Below, in pieces: positions 9,642-19,935 of a stretch of DNA of 64,000 bases. The stretch spans positions 3,392,001 through 3,456,000 of the forward strand of contig OY820905.2 in the NCBI GenBank assembly GCA_963555755.3, written 5' to 3'. The stretch is from Nitrospirales bacterium. GTDB taxonomy: Bacteria; Nitrospirota; Nitrospiria; Nitrospirales; UBA8639. The translations under genes and the position numbers were made by a program. Position 1 is the stretch's first letter. Every line of letters starts with the position of its first letter. Under the pieces are notes generated by a model, which was not told the DNA's origin, searched no databases, and was given only the letters and a program-made list of their open reading frames with translations.

Positions 9642-9848
9642 TTAGGCTTGCACCGAAGAGTGACACCGCACATATTCTTCGGAAGCAATGGTGACGAAGT
9701 CGACGAGGTTTTTGATGCATCGGCCACAGCAGTTATCTTTGTCATCAATTTCGAGGGTTGAGGCGAGCTCTTTGGGACAGGTCACTCCGGCTCGACCGAG
9801 TGCCCTGACATCCGCTTCCTTGATCCCTTTGCAAACACAAATGTACAT
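9642..9848 (-). CDS. bfd: Bacterioferritin-associated (2Fe-2S) ferredoxin-like protein
   Basis: MYICVCKGI...CCGRC BFD cysteine pattern. Confidence 0.85.
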   Translation of the reverse strand: MYICVCKGIKEADVRALGRAGVTCPKELASTLEIDDKDNCCGRCIKNLVDFVTIASEEYVRCHSSVQA

Positions 9849-9865
9849 AATGTTTATCCGAATAC

Positions 9866-9884
9866 GATTTTGATTACCGTTCTC
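9866..9884 (-). promoter_or_regulatory. Putative Fur box
   Basis: GAGAACGGTAATCAAAATC, 14/19 to GATAATGATAATCATTATC, just upstream of bfd. Confidence 0.55.
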
Positions 9885-10004
9885 AACTAAATAGATTCTA
9901 AGCCCCAATTGTTGTGGTTGTCAATACGAAATATGAGAAAATTTTTCATGGTAAAGGAACTGGATCCATGTTCCATGAAATCATTGTAACCTGTTGAAAT
10001 AACA

Positions 10005-10301
10005 ATGATTGAATCGACTTCAGATGGGGTCATCCTCACGGTGCACGTACAGCCCAAGGCTTCGAAAACAGAATTTGTCGGCATGCATGGTGATGCTTTA
10101 AAGTTTCGCGTGGCTGCCCCACCTGTTGAGGGAAAAGCCAATGCTGCGTTGTGTCGCCATGTGGCGAAATTGTTTTCTATCCCTCAACGTGGAGTGTCGG
10201 TTTCTTCGGGCCAGGCCAGTCGAAAGAAACGAATTGAGGTTATCGGTGTCACTGAGGACGAAGTCCGGAACATATTAGGTCTGTCGAAATTTTCATGCTA
10301 A
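10005..10301 (+). CDS. DUF167/YggU family protein
   Basis: VHVQPKASK...LKFRVAAPPVEGKANAAL...GQASRKK. Confidence 0.92.
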   Translation: MIESTSDGVILTVHVQPKASKTEFVGMHGDALKFRVAAPPVEGKANAALCRHVAKLFSIPQRGVSVSSGQASRKKRIEVIGVTEDEVRNILGLSKFSC

Positions 10302-10310
10302 AAACGTGCT

Positions 10311-13300
10311 ATGGATAATTCATCCCTTAAAAAAGAACTTCTTGCCGTTTTTGGAAATCGGTTGAGCCAGGAAGCTGCCGGTGAAGTTACTCCGCTTTTG
10401 GAGGAGGCTGGTGTTTCTGCACAGGTATTGGAACTTCTTTCGGAATTACAGGATAGTTCAGCCAAACTTGCGGGGGAGGCGATCGAAGCCTTGCCGGAAG
10501 TCCTTCGCCGATGTGATCCGCACACGGTTGTCTGGTGGTTGGATTTGGCTATTGCGTTAGCGGCTTTGTCGGGCGCGGTCACGCTCAAGTATCTACGGGA
10601 AAGCCCACGGATTTTGGGAGTGCTGGACACTCCGGCTCTTCGCCAACACGTTCTCGTCGTTTCGCTGGAAGTGGCGGATCGCGATTCCGAGTATGCCGCG
10701 AATTGTGCGTTTGAGTTTTTCCGAAAGACCCCTGAATTACTGTTTGCCGATCCAGCAATCGATCTGGCCGGTTGGGCCGAAGTGGGACAAGAACTTACGG
10801 AGTGGAACCAAGTACTAGGGATTGAATTCTTTCGAGAATGTGCCAATGTGGCCGACGTGCTGCCTTTAGATGACGTTCGGCCCTGGGTCGCGTTCGGGAT
10901 GAAACTCATCACACAAAATAGCCTTGGGAAACTTGACTATATCGGGATTTTGGAATTCTTTAGAACGAGTCCTTCGCTCTTAAAAGAAATTGAAGCGATG
11001 GATGTGCGGCCACGGGTTGTTGCACTTGGATCGACCCTTGCCGATCGTTCCCCTGAAACCGCTCTGACGTTTCTGGGTGAAATTCCCCTATTGACAAAAG
11101 CTCTTCCAACCAAAGAATGGCAGACTACGGTGTTGCAATATGGAGGGCTTCTGGCGGAACGTGATGCTGAAGTCACGCTGGCCTATTTGCGACGATGTCC
11201 GGAGGTGGTGAGTGTGACGGTCGGATCAGATGATACCCACGATGCCTTTGAGACATGGTTCCGTGGTGGCATGGATGTGCTGGACTATAGCATCGATGGG
11301 GCTCGCGCTTATTTTGCGCTTGAAACGTCCAAGGCGTTGAGTTCGATTGAACAGGCCATGAATGGGGTGCCGCTTCGACAAGTGGCACGTTCGTTAAAAC
11401 TGTTTGCTCAGATGATTTGCGGAGAATCCATTTCTATAGAATCGTTGTCCGAAAATAGTGGTCTTGCTCGAACCGAGAAGACCCCTGAAGGTATGCGAAT
11501 CCGGTTGCCCATGGTGATGAATCAATACCCCACGCGTGAGGTGAATCTTCGATGTTATACCGTGATGGTCGCGCACGAAGTAGGGCACTTGGAGTTTGGA
11601 ACGTATCGGATTGATCTAGAGGCTGTTCGGGCTTTGGCGCAAGAGGTGGTGTCTCGATATCGACGCGGTGATGGGGATGCGGGGACAACCCCCTCACCCT
11701 CCCCTCTCCCCCTTCCAGGGGGCGAGGGTTTAAGAAATCAAACCCCCACGATTGCGCCGGAAATTAAGTGTTTGGGGGATCTCTTTTCTCTCTACCCTCA
11801 AAAGGGTGTGATTCAAGATCTGTGGACGATCCTCGAAGATGCGCGGGTCGAGTTTCTTCTGCAACAAGAATATCCAGGGCTTTGTCATGATCTCGCGGCA
11901 TTAGCCAAAGCGTCAGTGAGTATGCGTTCGTTATTACATGGGATGACGGCACGCGAAATGGTGTTGGATGCGTTGCTTCTGCATTTCACTCAAGGGGCTG
12001 ATGCCGTTCATTTCCAGGATGATCTCATGCCAGTGATTGAGCGTGGTTGGGCATTGGCACAATCTATTTTACAACCCTCAGCCTCGGCTCATGATGTGAT
12101 AGAGACGGCGGATCAAATTTATCAGGCCATGGAAGACATGATTGGGACATATGAGGTGTCCACGACTGAGCTAACTCAGGAATCTCAGGACGAAGACTCC
12201 GATATCGGTGCTGGCCCGCGAGCGGCGGAAGAAACTGCCGGGGCCTATCGGTCTATCACGAACTTTGCATACAGAGGCGAAATGAGTCCGGAACTCGTCC
12301 AAGGCGAAACGGATTCAGAAGAAGGCGTCGCACCATCTGGTGGTAAGAGCCCGGACATGCAGGAGTTTGGCGGAGCGGGTGAGTCGTCATCTCGAAGATC
12401 CGAGGAATCGGGCAAGAAAGAGTTAATTGAAGATCAGCCGCATGATCGGGGTGATTCGCAACCTGGTGAAGATCGCATCTTGGAGAAACATTGGGAGGTC
12501 AAAGGGTCAGGGCAAGGCGAGTTACAGGTTCAAAAGGGTGAAGATCGAACCTATCTCTATCCTGAATGGGATGGAATGATACAAGACTATCGACTCAAAT
12601 GGTGTCGAGTCATTGAACGGCCAGGTCCGGAAGGGAGCCCGGACTTTGCCCAGGCGACTCTCGAAAAACATGCTTCCTCGATCCGGTTATTGAGACGGTA
12701 CTTTGAAACCATTCGCCCAACGGCCTTACGTCGGGTGCGTGGATATGAACATGGCGAGGAACTCGATCTCGATGCCGTCATTAGTCGAGCCGTGGATCGG
12801 CGCGCGGGAGCCGAGCCGTCCGACCGGATCTATTCACGCAGAGACAAACGGGAACGGCAGGTGGCCGTAGCGTTTTTAGTGGACATGAGTGGATCGACCG
12901 GTCGGCAGATTGAAACCGGAGCGCGTCGTGTGATTGATATTGAAAAAGAAGGGTTGGTGTTGTTGATTGAGGCATTAGAGGCCATAGGCGATCAATACGC
13001 TTTGTACGCTTTTTCCGGACAAGGGCGGGATCATGTGGATTTTCTCGTGCTCAAAGATTTCGAAGACACTCTACGCTATCAAGTGGCGCAGCGCATTGAA
13101 GCCATGACTCCGTTGCAACAAAATCGCGATGGAGCCGCCATTCGTCACGCCGCTCAGAAGTTGCTTCAATGCCCTGCCCGGCATCGTTTGTTGATCTTGT
13201 TGAGTGACGGAAAGCCGCTGGATGGCGGGTATGCAGAAGAATATGCTCTGGAGGATACCAAGATGGCCTTACGTGAAGCGCGTCAGCGCGGCATTAGTCC

Positions 13301-13439
13301 GTTTTGCCTGACGGTTGATCAAGAAGCCACCGGATACCTCAAACGAATGTATGGAGATGTTCAGTATCTGGTCCTTGATGATGTGGCGGACTTGCCTGAA
13401 CGGTTGCCACGGGTGTATCAACGACTAACCGGGCGTTGA
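10311..13439 (+). CDS. Large NorD/CbbO-like VWA-domain protein
   Basis: AHEVGHLEFGT, LEDARVE, YPEWD, MIDAS DMSGS, NRDGAAIRHA, LSDGKP. Confidence 0.85.
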   Translation: MDNSSLKKELLAVFGNRLSQEAAGEVTPLLEEAGVSAQVLELLSELQDSSAKLAGEAIEALPEVLRRCDPHTVVWWLDLAIALAALSGAVTLKYLRESPRILGVLDTPALRQHVLVVSLEVADRDSEYAANCAFEFFRKTPELLFADPAIDLAGWAEVGQELTEWNQVLGIEFFRECANVADVLPLDDVRPWVAFGMKLITQNSLGKLDYIGILEFFRTSPSLLKEIEAMDVRPRVVALGSTLADRSPETALTFLGEIPLLTKALPTKEWQTTVLQYGGLLAERDAEVTLAYLRRCPEVVSVTVGSDDTHDAFETWFRGGMDVLDYSIDGARAYFALETSKALSSIEQAMNGVPLRQVARSLKLFAQMICGESISIESLSENSGLARTEKTPEGMRIRLPMVMNQYPTREVNLRCYTVMVAHEVGHLEFGTYRIDLEAVRALAQEVVSRYRRGDGDAGTTPSPSPLPLPGGEGLRNQTPTIAPEIKCLGDLFSLYPQKGVIQDLWTILEDARVEFLLQQEYPGLCHDLAALAKASVSMRSLLHGMTAREMVLDALLLHFTQGADAVHFQDDLMPVIERGWALAQSILQPSASAHDVIETADQIYQAMEDMIGTYEVSTTELTQESQDEDSDIGAGPRAAEETAGAYRSITNFAYRGEMSPELVQGETDSEEGVAPSGGKSPDMQEFGGAGESSSRRSEESGKKELIEDQPHDRGDSQPGEDRILEKHWEVKGSGQGELQVQKGEDRTYLYPEWDGMIQDYRLKWCRVIERPGPEGSPDFAQATLEKHASSIRLLRRYFETIRPTALRRVRGYEHGEELDLDAVISRAVDRRAGAEPSDRIYSRRDKRERQVAVAFLVDMSGSTGRQIETGARRVIDIEKEGLVLLIEALEAIGDQYALYAFSGQGRDHVDFLVLKDFEDTLRYQVAQRIEAMTPLQQNRDGAAIRHAAQKLLQCPARHRLLILLSDGKPLDGGYAEEYALEDTKMALREARQRGISPFCLTVDQEATGYLKRMYGDVQYLVLDDVADLPERLPRVYQRLTGR
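11690..11728. repeat. REP-like palindrome inserted in-frame in the VWA gene
   Basis: CCCCTCACCCTCCCCTCTCCCCCTTCCAGGGGGCGAGGG; reverse-complement homologues at 23935-23969 and 25539-25573. Confidence 0.8.
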
Positions 13440-13551
13440 AAAAGGCCGCCAGCGGCGTTCTCGGCCCGTTGCCGTGCTCACGTACTATGAGTACGCTCCG
13501 CGCGCCCACGGTCCTGCGGCCTTGCTGGACGACCTTTTTGAACGCCCGGTT
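13427..13551 (+). repeat. Repeat family A copy
   Basis: AACCGGGCGTTGAAAAAGG...CCTTTTTGAACGCCCGGTT; contains the stop codon of the VWA gene. Confidence 0.9.
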
Positions 13552-13560
13552 TACGTGTTC

Positions 13561-13627
13561 CGTAATGCGTGATGGGTTTTTGAATTAGCAATTTTTACGG
13601 TTCACGCATTACGCTTTACGCATCACG
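13561..13627. repeat. Repeat family G (CGTAATGCGTGA...TCACGCATTACG short-unit hairpins)
   Basis: Same motif at 15034-15097 and 21474-21554. Confidence 0.75.
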
Positions 13628-13639
13628 AAAATCTTATCC

Positions 13640-14050
13640 ATGACCACTGACTCAACTAAACCAGAAATTCCCCCTTGGCTGTATAAGCTGTTTACCGGGA
13701 AACAATATCCGTATATTCGCCGGTTGGCCAAATTTGAAAAAAAAGATCGGATCATCGGCGATCCAAGTTCCGAACCGACGCGGGAAGAAGTTGATGCGAA
13801 GTTTTGGGAGATCTATCCTCATTGTTCCGCCAAAATTATGCAGGAAGTCAAAACGGGCATGATTGTGAGTTTTACCGATTTGGAAGTCTATCCTCCTGGA
13901 ACCTATCAAGAGCTTGTCGATGGTCCAGAGGAATTCCTTGCTCGTGAATTTGGCCGGAAAAAGATTAAACTGAATTTTTATTATGGGGACAACTTCGTCT
14001 GCACCATCAATTTCAAGGTTGCGGGATGGGCCAGTCATGATGATGACTAG
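13640..14050 (+). CDS. Hypothetical protein
   Basis: 136-aa ORF co-oriented with and directly upstream of mdh; no recognised motif. Confidence 0.7.
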   Translation: MTTDSTKPEIPPWLYKLFTGKQYPYIRRLAKFEKKDRIIGDPSSEPTREEVDAKFWEIYPHCSAKIMQEVKTGMIVSFTDLEVYPPGTYQELVDGPEEFLAREFGRKKIKLNFYYGDNFVCTINFKVAGWASHDDD

Positions 14051-14083
14051 GCTGTTTTTCGATTTGAATGGAAAAGGTGTCCT

Positions 14084-15028
14084 ATGAATCAGCGGAAAGT
14101 GACAGTAGTAGGGGCTGGCAATGTGGGAGGATCGGCGGTGCAACGGCTCGCTGAAAAGAATAGCTACGACATTGTTTTGGTAGATATTGTTGAAGGACTT
14201 CCGCAGGGCAAGGCATTGGACTTGGCCCAAGCTGGGGCAGTGTGTGGATACGATTCTCCTATTATTGGAACGAACAACTATGATGAAACGGAAGGGTCAG
14301 ACCTCGTCGTCATTACCTCGGGTATTGCGCGCAAGCCAGGGATGAGCCGATCGGAATTGCTCGAAACCAATACCAAAATTGTCCGGTCGGTTGTCCAGGA
14401 AATCGTGAAGCGGTCACCGTCAACTATTTTAGTCATTGTGGCCAATCCTTTAGATGCGATGACCCATGTGGCATACCGGACCAGTGGATTTCCAAAACAG
14501 CGCGTGGTTGGAATGGCGGGCGTGCTCGACTCTGCTCGGTTCAGCACGTTCATTGCTCAAGAATTGAAGGTCTCAGTGCACAATGTGCAGGCGATGGTCT
14601 TAGGGGGCCATGGAGATGCCATGGTTCCGTTGGTTCGATATACCACCGTGAGTGGCCGGCCAGTCGATCAATGGATGTCTAAAGAAAAACTCGATGAGAT
14701 TGTGAAGCGGACTCGCAATGGTGGGGCAGAAATCGTTAACCTGCTGAAGACTGGAAGTGCCTATTATGCTCCGGCTGCCTCGGCTGTGGAAATGGTGGAA
14801 TCGATCCTCAAGGATGAACACAAAGTGCTTCCCTGTGCCGCGCTCTGTGAAGGGGAATACGGATTGAAGGGTACTTACATGGGAGTCCCGGTTTGCCTTG
14901 GAAAAAATGGTGTGGAAGAAATCCTGGAATATGATCTCACGCCTGAAGAAAAAACCGCGTTCGACAACTCGGCCCAGGGCGTCCGCGAGTTGTGTAAGGA
15001 AGTCGATCGAATTTTGGATGCAGGATAA
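14084..15028 (+). CDS. mdh: Malate dehydrogenase (LDH-like type)
   Basis: [46 protein letters not shown]. Confidence 0.97.
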   Translation: MNQRKVTVVGAGNVGGSAVQRLAEKNSYDIVLVDIVEGLPQGKALDLAQAGAVCGYDSPIIGTNNYDETEGSDLVVITSGIARKPGMSRSELLETNTKIVRSVVQEIVKRSPSTILVIVANPLDAMTHVAYRTSGFPKQRVVGMAGVLDSARFSTFIAQELKVSVHNVQAMVLGGHGDAMVPLVRYTTVSGRPVDQWMSKEKLDEIVKRTRNGGAEIVNLLKTGSAYYAPAASAVEMVESILKDEHKVLPCAALCEGEYGLKGTYMGVPVCLGKNGVEEILEYDLTPEEKTAFDNSAQGVRELCKEVDRILDAG

Positions 15029-15092
15029 AAAGCCGTAATGCGTGACCCGTCAGGCGTTATGCGTGTGAGACTTCTTTATGTTCTTTTACGCT

Positions 15093-15596
15093 TCACGGTT
15101 TTAAATATGTATCCGCCAGCACTTTCTCCGTTTGTTTCTTCCGATATTCTTCCAGCCGTTGCTTAATCTTCGAATCGGATAACGCCAAGATGGCTGCCGC
15201 AAATAAGGCGGCGTTGGCCGACCCCGCTTCACCGATTGCCAGAGTAGCCACGGGAATACCTTTGGGCATTTGGACGATCGACAATAAGGAGTCCAATCCC
15301 TGAAGTGCTTTGGATTGCATGGGGCAGCCCAGCACCGGCAACGTGGTTTTGGCGGCGATGACTCCAGGTAAATGTGCGGCCCCGCCCGCTCCGGCGATGA
15401 TGACTTTCAGCCCTCGTGATTCTGCTTGGGCGACGTATTCAATGAGCGCATCAGGGGCCCGGTGGGCAGAAATGACGCGGCATTCATTTTCAATCCCCAA
15501 TTGGGTCAGCGTCTCGCTGGCGAGTCGCATGACTTCCCAATCGCTTTTGCTTCCCATGATTATGCCGACCAATGGTGCTGTATTCTGCGATGCCAC
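15093..15596 (-). CDS. purE: N5-CAIR mutase
   Basis: [39 protein letters not shown] start at 15596 with GGAGG RBS. Confidence 0.97.
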   Translation of the reverse strand: MASQNTAPLVGIIMGSKSDWEVMRLASETLTQLGIENECRVISAHRAPDALIEYVAQAESRGLKVIIAGAGGAAHLPGVIAAKTTLPVLGCPMQSKALQGLDSLLSIVQMPKGIPVATLAIGEAGSANAALFAAAILALSDSKIKQRLEEYRKKQTEKVLADTYLKP

Positions 15597-15837
15597 GTAT
15601 CTGCCTCCTTCCCTCTCAATGTATTCCCTTGAACCCAGTGACCTTGCGACGCGAGATGGTTCCTGAGTGGTCCTCCTCGCGCGAGGAAGTGTACAAGCTC
15701 CCCCATCAACTCTCAACCGGGACCGTGGGGTTTTTATGATTATTCTTTACGGCCAGTTGAGGTGTAAATGCCGTGACTTGGTGGTTGTAAGTGTTTGAGA
15801 GTGTTGCGGTTTTCGCCTTTTTCGTGAGCCCAAATGC

Positions 15838-15867
15838 TTGACGGAATTATGGATTGACCCGTATAGT
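15838..15867 (+). promoter_or_regulatory. Sigma70-like promoter for the nuoF-like operon
   Basis: TTGACG-18 bp-TATAGT. Confidence 0.5.
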
Positions 15868-15926
15868 TAAAAGTTCTGAGTTGAGATATTGTGTCCAAAC
15901 CCATTGAAGATAGTCAGGATTATTGT

Positions 15927-17234
15927 ATGACGAATGACATGCCCCTTCGCCTTCTTCAACCCATGAATGGCGAACCTTGGGATATCGATGCCTATATCAA
16001 ACAAGGGGGCTATGAAGCCTGGCAACGGTGTGTGCGAGAGAACAATCCGGATGGCGTGATTGATGAGCTCAAGCGTGCGTCTTTGCGGGGTCGTGGGGGC
16101 GCGGGTTTCCCGACCGCCCTGAAATGGGAAAAAGTGGTTCATCACCGAACCAAGGAACGGTATTTTGTCTGTAACGCGGGAGAGCATGAACCCGGGACTT
16201 TTAAAGATCGGTACCTGATTCAACACCACCCCCATCAATTGCTTGAGGGCTGTTTGATTGCGGCCTTTACTGCTGGAGTGAAAGCTTCGTACATCTATTT
16301 GAATGCTGAATTTCTTGAAGCCAGGGCGAGTTTTGAGAAGGCCTTAGAGCAAGCCAGAGGACGGGGATTTCTGGGTAAGAATGTCTTGGGTTCAAGCGTT
16401 GATTTGGAGATAGAGATTTTTGACGGCCACGGCAGCTATGTGGCTGGTGAAGAAACCGCTATGTTGGAATCAATGCAAGGTCGCCCAGCTCAACCCAAAC
16501 AGAAGCCTCCATTTTATCCAACAGACTTTGGCCTCCATGGAAAACCCACCTTGGTCAATAATGTCGAGACGCTCTCCCATGTGCCCCATATTCTTCGCAA
16601 GGGCGCCGAATGGTTTAAGGAAGTCGGGGCGGAAAAAACTCCGGGAACGATGTTGTTTAGTCTTAGTGGCGCCGTGCAACGTCCGGGAGTCTATGAGCTG
16701 CCGTTGGGCACCCCGCTTCGCTATTTAATCGAAGAATGTGGTGGTGGGGTGGCGAATGGGCGAAAAGTGAAAGCCGTGTTCCCTGGAGGCCCGTCTTTTT
16801 CGATGGTGGGCCCTGATGCGCTGGACCTCGGCATGGATTTTGATTCGTTGAAAAAGGCCGGGACGGGATTAGGGTCAGCCGGCGTTATTGTGGTGGATGA
16901 TGCCACGTGTATGGTCGCTCACACGCTGAAGCTTTCCACCTTTTTTCGGGAAGAAAGTTGCGGACAATGTCCACCCTGCAAGATTGGTACAGAACATCTT
17001 GAAGAACTCGTTACGAAAATTGAAGAGGGACATGGGACCCAAGAAGATCTGGATAAAATGTTGCAGATCTGTGGGTTTGTGAAAGGGACGGGTTTTTGCA
17101 CGTTAGTGACTGGTGCCTCGGTGCTGGTCCAAAACAGTTTTCGTCTGTTCCAGCACGAGTTTGAAGCGCACGTGGCCAACCATGCGTGCCCCTTTAACCC
17201 TTCTCCTGCAGAGGTGGTTTCCGCTACGGGTTAA
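15927..17234 (+). CDS. nuoF: Stand-alone NuoF-like FMN/NADH-binding [4Fe-4S] flavoprotein
   Basis: LRGRGGAGFPT, EPGTFKDR, YVAGEETA, ESCGQCPPC...C; start could alternatively be 15891. Confidence 0.9.
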   Translation: MTNDMPLRLLQPMNGEPWDIDAYIKQGGYEAWQRCVRENNPDGVIDELKRASLRGRGGAGFPTALKWEKVVHHRTKERYFVCNAGEHEPGTFKDRYLIQHHPHQLLEGCLIAAFTAGVKASYIYLNAEFLEARASFEKALEQARGRGFLGKNVLGSSVDLEIEIFDGHGSYVAGEETAMLESMQGRPAQPKQKPPFYPTDFGLHGKPTLVNNVETLSHVPHILRKGAEWFKEVGAEKTPGTMLFSLSGAVQRPGVYELPLGTPLRYLIEECGGGVANGRKVKAVFPGGPSFSMVGPDALDLGMDFDSLKKAGTGLGSAGVIVVDDATCMVAHTLKLSTFFREESCGQCPPCKIGTEHLEELVTKIEEGHGTQEDLDKMLQICGFVKGTGFCTLVTGASVLVQNSFRLFQHEFEAHVANHACPFNPSPAEVVSATG

Positions 17235-17240
17235 TTGGTT

Positions 17241-17585
17241 ATGCCGCGCATTACGTTCGTTCACTCAGAAGGAAAAAGTGGAGAGGTGCCCGAAAACGTC
17301 TCGGTCCTCGAAGCCGCAGAATTGTTGGGTTTTCCGTTGGAGCATGACTGCGGGGGCAATGCTTCGTGTTCAACATGTCGGGTGGAAGTGATGGTGGGGG
17401 GCGAGCATTTATCCGAAATAGATTTTGAGGAACAAGATTTATTAGACCGAGAAGCCCTCACCGAGCCGTACCATCGGTTAAGTTGCCAGGCGAAAATTTT
17501 TGGCGATGTCATGGTGCAAGTCCCCGAAGAAAAGTTTGGAACAACGGAATCCGTTCAAGAAGAAACCAAAACTTCTCAGTCGTAA
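17241..17585 (+). CDS. fdx: 2Fe-2S ferredoxin (adrenodoxin/Fdx type)
   Basis: CGGNASCSTC...RLSCQ. Confidence 0.92.
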   Translation: MPRITFVHSEGKSGEVPENVSVLEAAELLGFPLEHDCGGNASCSTCRVEVMVGGEHLSEIDFEEQDLLDREALTEPYHRLSCQAKIFGDVMVQVPEEKFGTTESVQEETKTSQS

Positions 17586-17589
17586 GATC

Positions 17590-18012
17590 ATGAATCACCA
17601 AGCGCGCCTGACCCGGCAATATCATTTCTGTGCAGCCCACCGATTACATGCCAAGGAACTGTCTGATGACGTCAATCGGAAAGTGTTTGGAAAATGCAAT
17701 AATCTCAACGGGCATGGGCACAATTACACGGTTCTGGTAACCGTGCGTGGCGAAATCGATGCTCTGACGGGTGAGATCACGGATCTTGAACGTCTGGATC
17801 GGCTGGTGACGACAACAATCCTCGAACGGTTTGATCATCGACATCTCAACCACGATCCGGCCTTCCAAGATGTGGTGACCACGGGAGAAAATGTCGCTCG
17901 ATTTATTTGGGATGAACTGGTGGATGCCATTCCTCTCGGGCAGTTAGAGAAAATCGGGCTCATTGAAACCCGTGACAATTATTTCGAATATCAAGGCGAT
18001 CGGCATGGGTAA
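17590..18012 (+). CDS. queD: 6-carboxytetrahydropterin / 6-pyruvoyl-tetrahydropterin synthase
   Basis: [25 protein letters not shown] motif. Confidence 0.88.
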   Translation: MNHQARLTRQYHFCAAHRLHAKELSDDVNRKVFGKCNNLNGHGHNYTVLVTVRGEIDALTGEITDLERLDRLVTTTILERFDHRHLNHDPAFQDVVTTGENVARFIWDELVDAIPLGQLEKIGLIETRDNYFEYQGDRHG

Positions 18013-18056
18013 GGGCCTCGTTTTCTCATCCAACCTCTTTCCCTCGTGAACAACTC

Positions 18057-18731
18057 ATGAATCATCTACCACGTTCGAAAACACAATCTGGTCGAAGCTC
18101 TGCGCTAAAACAGGTCAAAGGAAAAGTTGGTCGAGTCACACGAGCACCCGAAAAGGGGACCCCGGCGAATCTCGAAGGCTTGATCACCCAACTCCTGACG
18201 ATACTTGGCGAGGATCCCAAGCGACGTGGTTTGGAAGAAACGCCAAAGCGTGTGGCCGACGCGCTGACGTTTTTCACAAAAGGCTATCAAGAGAATATTG
18301 ATGACCTGGTCAATGGCGCTTTGTATCCCATTGAGTACGATGAAATGGTTATTGTCCGCGACATCGATTTTTTCAGTTTGTGCGAACATCACTTGCTGCC
18401 GTTTTTTGGAAAATGTCATGTGGGGTACATCCCAAAGAAACAAGTTGTTGGATTAAGTAAGATCCCTCGAATCGTCGACGTGTTCAGCCGGCGGCTCCAA
18501 ATACAAGAACGTTTGACAGTCCAAATTGCTGAAACCCTTCAGAAAAAGTTAGACCCGATTGGAGTTGGGGTAGTCATTGAAGCACGGCATCTCTGCATGA
18601 TGATGCGGGGTGTGGAAAAACAAAACACCGTAGCAGTCACCAGCCATATGCTCGGTGCCTTCCGCAAACAACAACAAACCCGCGATGAGTTTTTGAGGTT
18701 GATTCGACCTCCCGCCCGAGAAACAGGCTAA
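18057..18731 (+). CDS. folE: GTP cyclohydrolase I
   Basis: [32 protein letters not shown]. Confidence 0.97.
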   Translation: MNHLPRSKTQSGRSSALKQVKGKVGRVTRAPEKGTPANLEGLITQLLTILGEDPKRRGLEETPKRVADALTFFTKGYQENIDDLVNGALYPIEYDEMVIVRDIDFFSLCEHHLLPFFGKCHVGYIPKKQVVGLSKIPRIVDVFSRRLQIQERLTVQIAETLQKKLDPIGVGVVIEARHLCMMMRGVEKQNTVAVTSHMLGAFRKQQQTRDEFLRLIRPPARETG

Positions 18732-18805
18732 CGCTCCTACCCATCCGCCTTCACAGAGATCTAGATTTTTTCTATCTTCCCCCATCAAGTCCAATAAATA
18801 AAAAA

Positions 18806-18882
18806 GGGGTCAGACTCGATTTAGTTAGGTATGTGTTCCGCAAGGGGTGATCGTAAGAATTCATTAAGTCGAGTCTGACCCC
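18806..18882. repeat. Inverted REP-like doublet between convergent genes
   Basis: GGGGTCAGACTCGATTTA ... TAAGTCGAGTCTGACCCC. Confidence 0.8.
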
Positions 18883-18955
18883 AAATTACTTCAAGAAAAC
18901 TAAAATTTCCAAACAGATACCCTCGTTCCCCTCGACATCCTGTACTTAAGCACCC

Positions 18956-19765
18956 TCAATTGTCGCCTGCAGATCGGTCGAGATTTTCTAGGAACTGTAT
19001 GAGGGCATGATTGAAGACTTCGGGTTGCTCCAGATTTGAAACATGTCCTGCCTGAGGGATGAGCCTAAATTGTGAATGAGGTATGTGTTCTGCCATTCGT
19101 TTCACCTCTTCTAGTGGTGAAGCTAAGTCGTTCTCCCCTACCAAAAGCAAAGTTGGAACGTTGAACCTTTTCAGGAGCGGGGTGGAATCCGGTCGTTCTT
19201 CCATGGCCATGAGGTCGCCCACGATACCGGAGATTTGGTTGCCGATTATCATTTTCCGTAACCTAGCGACCAAGTCTTTTCGATTTTCCAATCCTGAAGG
19301 GCTGAAAAGCTTTGGGAGCATGAGGTCTGCAATAGCCGAGGCCCCCCGCCTATACGCGACTTGGGCCATGGAGAATCGAGCGGTTTTGATTTCGGGAGTA
19401 TCGGCGGTCGCTCGGGTATCGGCTAACACCAGAGCGTGAAAGAACGTTGGGTACTTTCGATACAGCGCAAAAAGGATATACCCACCCATGGACAGCCCGA
19501 CGAATGTCGCCTTTGAAATCCCAAGGTGATCGAGCAAGCCTTTGATGTCCTCGGCAAACAGGTCCAAGGTATAGCGCCACATTGGAGCATCGGACTCTCC
19601 ATGCCCCCGAAGGTCCATCGTAATCACTCGATATCGATCCTTGAGCCCAGCGACCTGGGGTTCCCACATGGTACGATTGAGCGGAAACGCGTGGAGGAAA
19701 ATGATCGACGCCCCATGTCCTTCATCCGAATACGCGAGATCGATTCCGTTGACGTGTATTTTCAT
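18956..19765 (-). CDS. Alpha/beta hydrolase (enol-lactonase-like)
   Basis: LHAFP, DLRGHGES, GLSMGG, GEND, AGHVSN. Confidence 0.92.
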   Translation of the reverse strand: MKIHVNGIDLAYSDEGHGASIIFLHAFPLNRTMWEPQVAGLKDRYRVITMDLRGHGESDAPMWRYTLDLFAEDIKGLLDHLGISKATFVGLSMGGYILFALYRKYPTFFHALVLADTRATADTPEIKTARFSMAQVAYRRGASAIADLMLPKLFSPSGLENRKDLVARLRKMIIGNQISGIVGDLMAMEERPDSTPLLKRFNVPTLLLVGENDLASPLEEVKRMAEHIPHSQFRLIPQAGHVSNLEQPEVFNHALIQFLENLDRSAGDN

Positions 19766-19778
19766 GTGTTGCTCCTAA

Positions 19779-19935
19779 GGGTTCGCGCAAGAATAACTTT
19801 CCCTGTTTGGGTGTTGAGACGCCTGTCTGGCAAGGCGCGAGGACTGCGCATACTCCGCGTATGGAAAGGACGAGCAATGCCGCCAGACGGGATGGATCGA
19901 CGCCCAAACACGGGAAGGTATTCTTGCGCGAGCCC
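19779..19935. mobile_element. MITE family B with 3-bp TAA target duplication
   Basis: TAA|GGGTTCGCGCAAGAATA...TATTCTTGCGCGAGCCC|TAA; copies at 37067-37223 and 62040-62196. Confidence 0.88.

Noticed and set aside
15597..15716. N-terminal extensions given by the ORF track for purE (also ROK 32890, GGDEF 40227, queD 17500, bfd 9908)
   Set aside because: Downstream starts match family N-termini, several with a clear RBS; the extensions run through intergenic or repeat DNA
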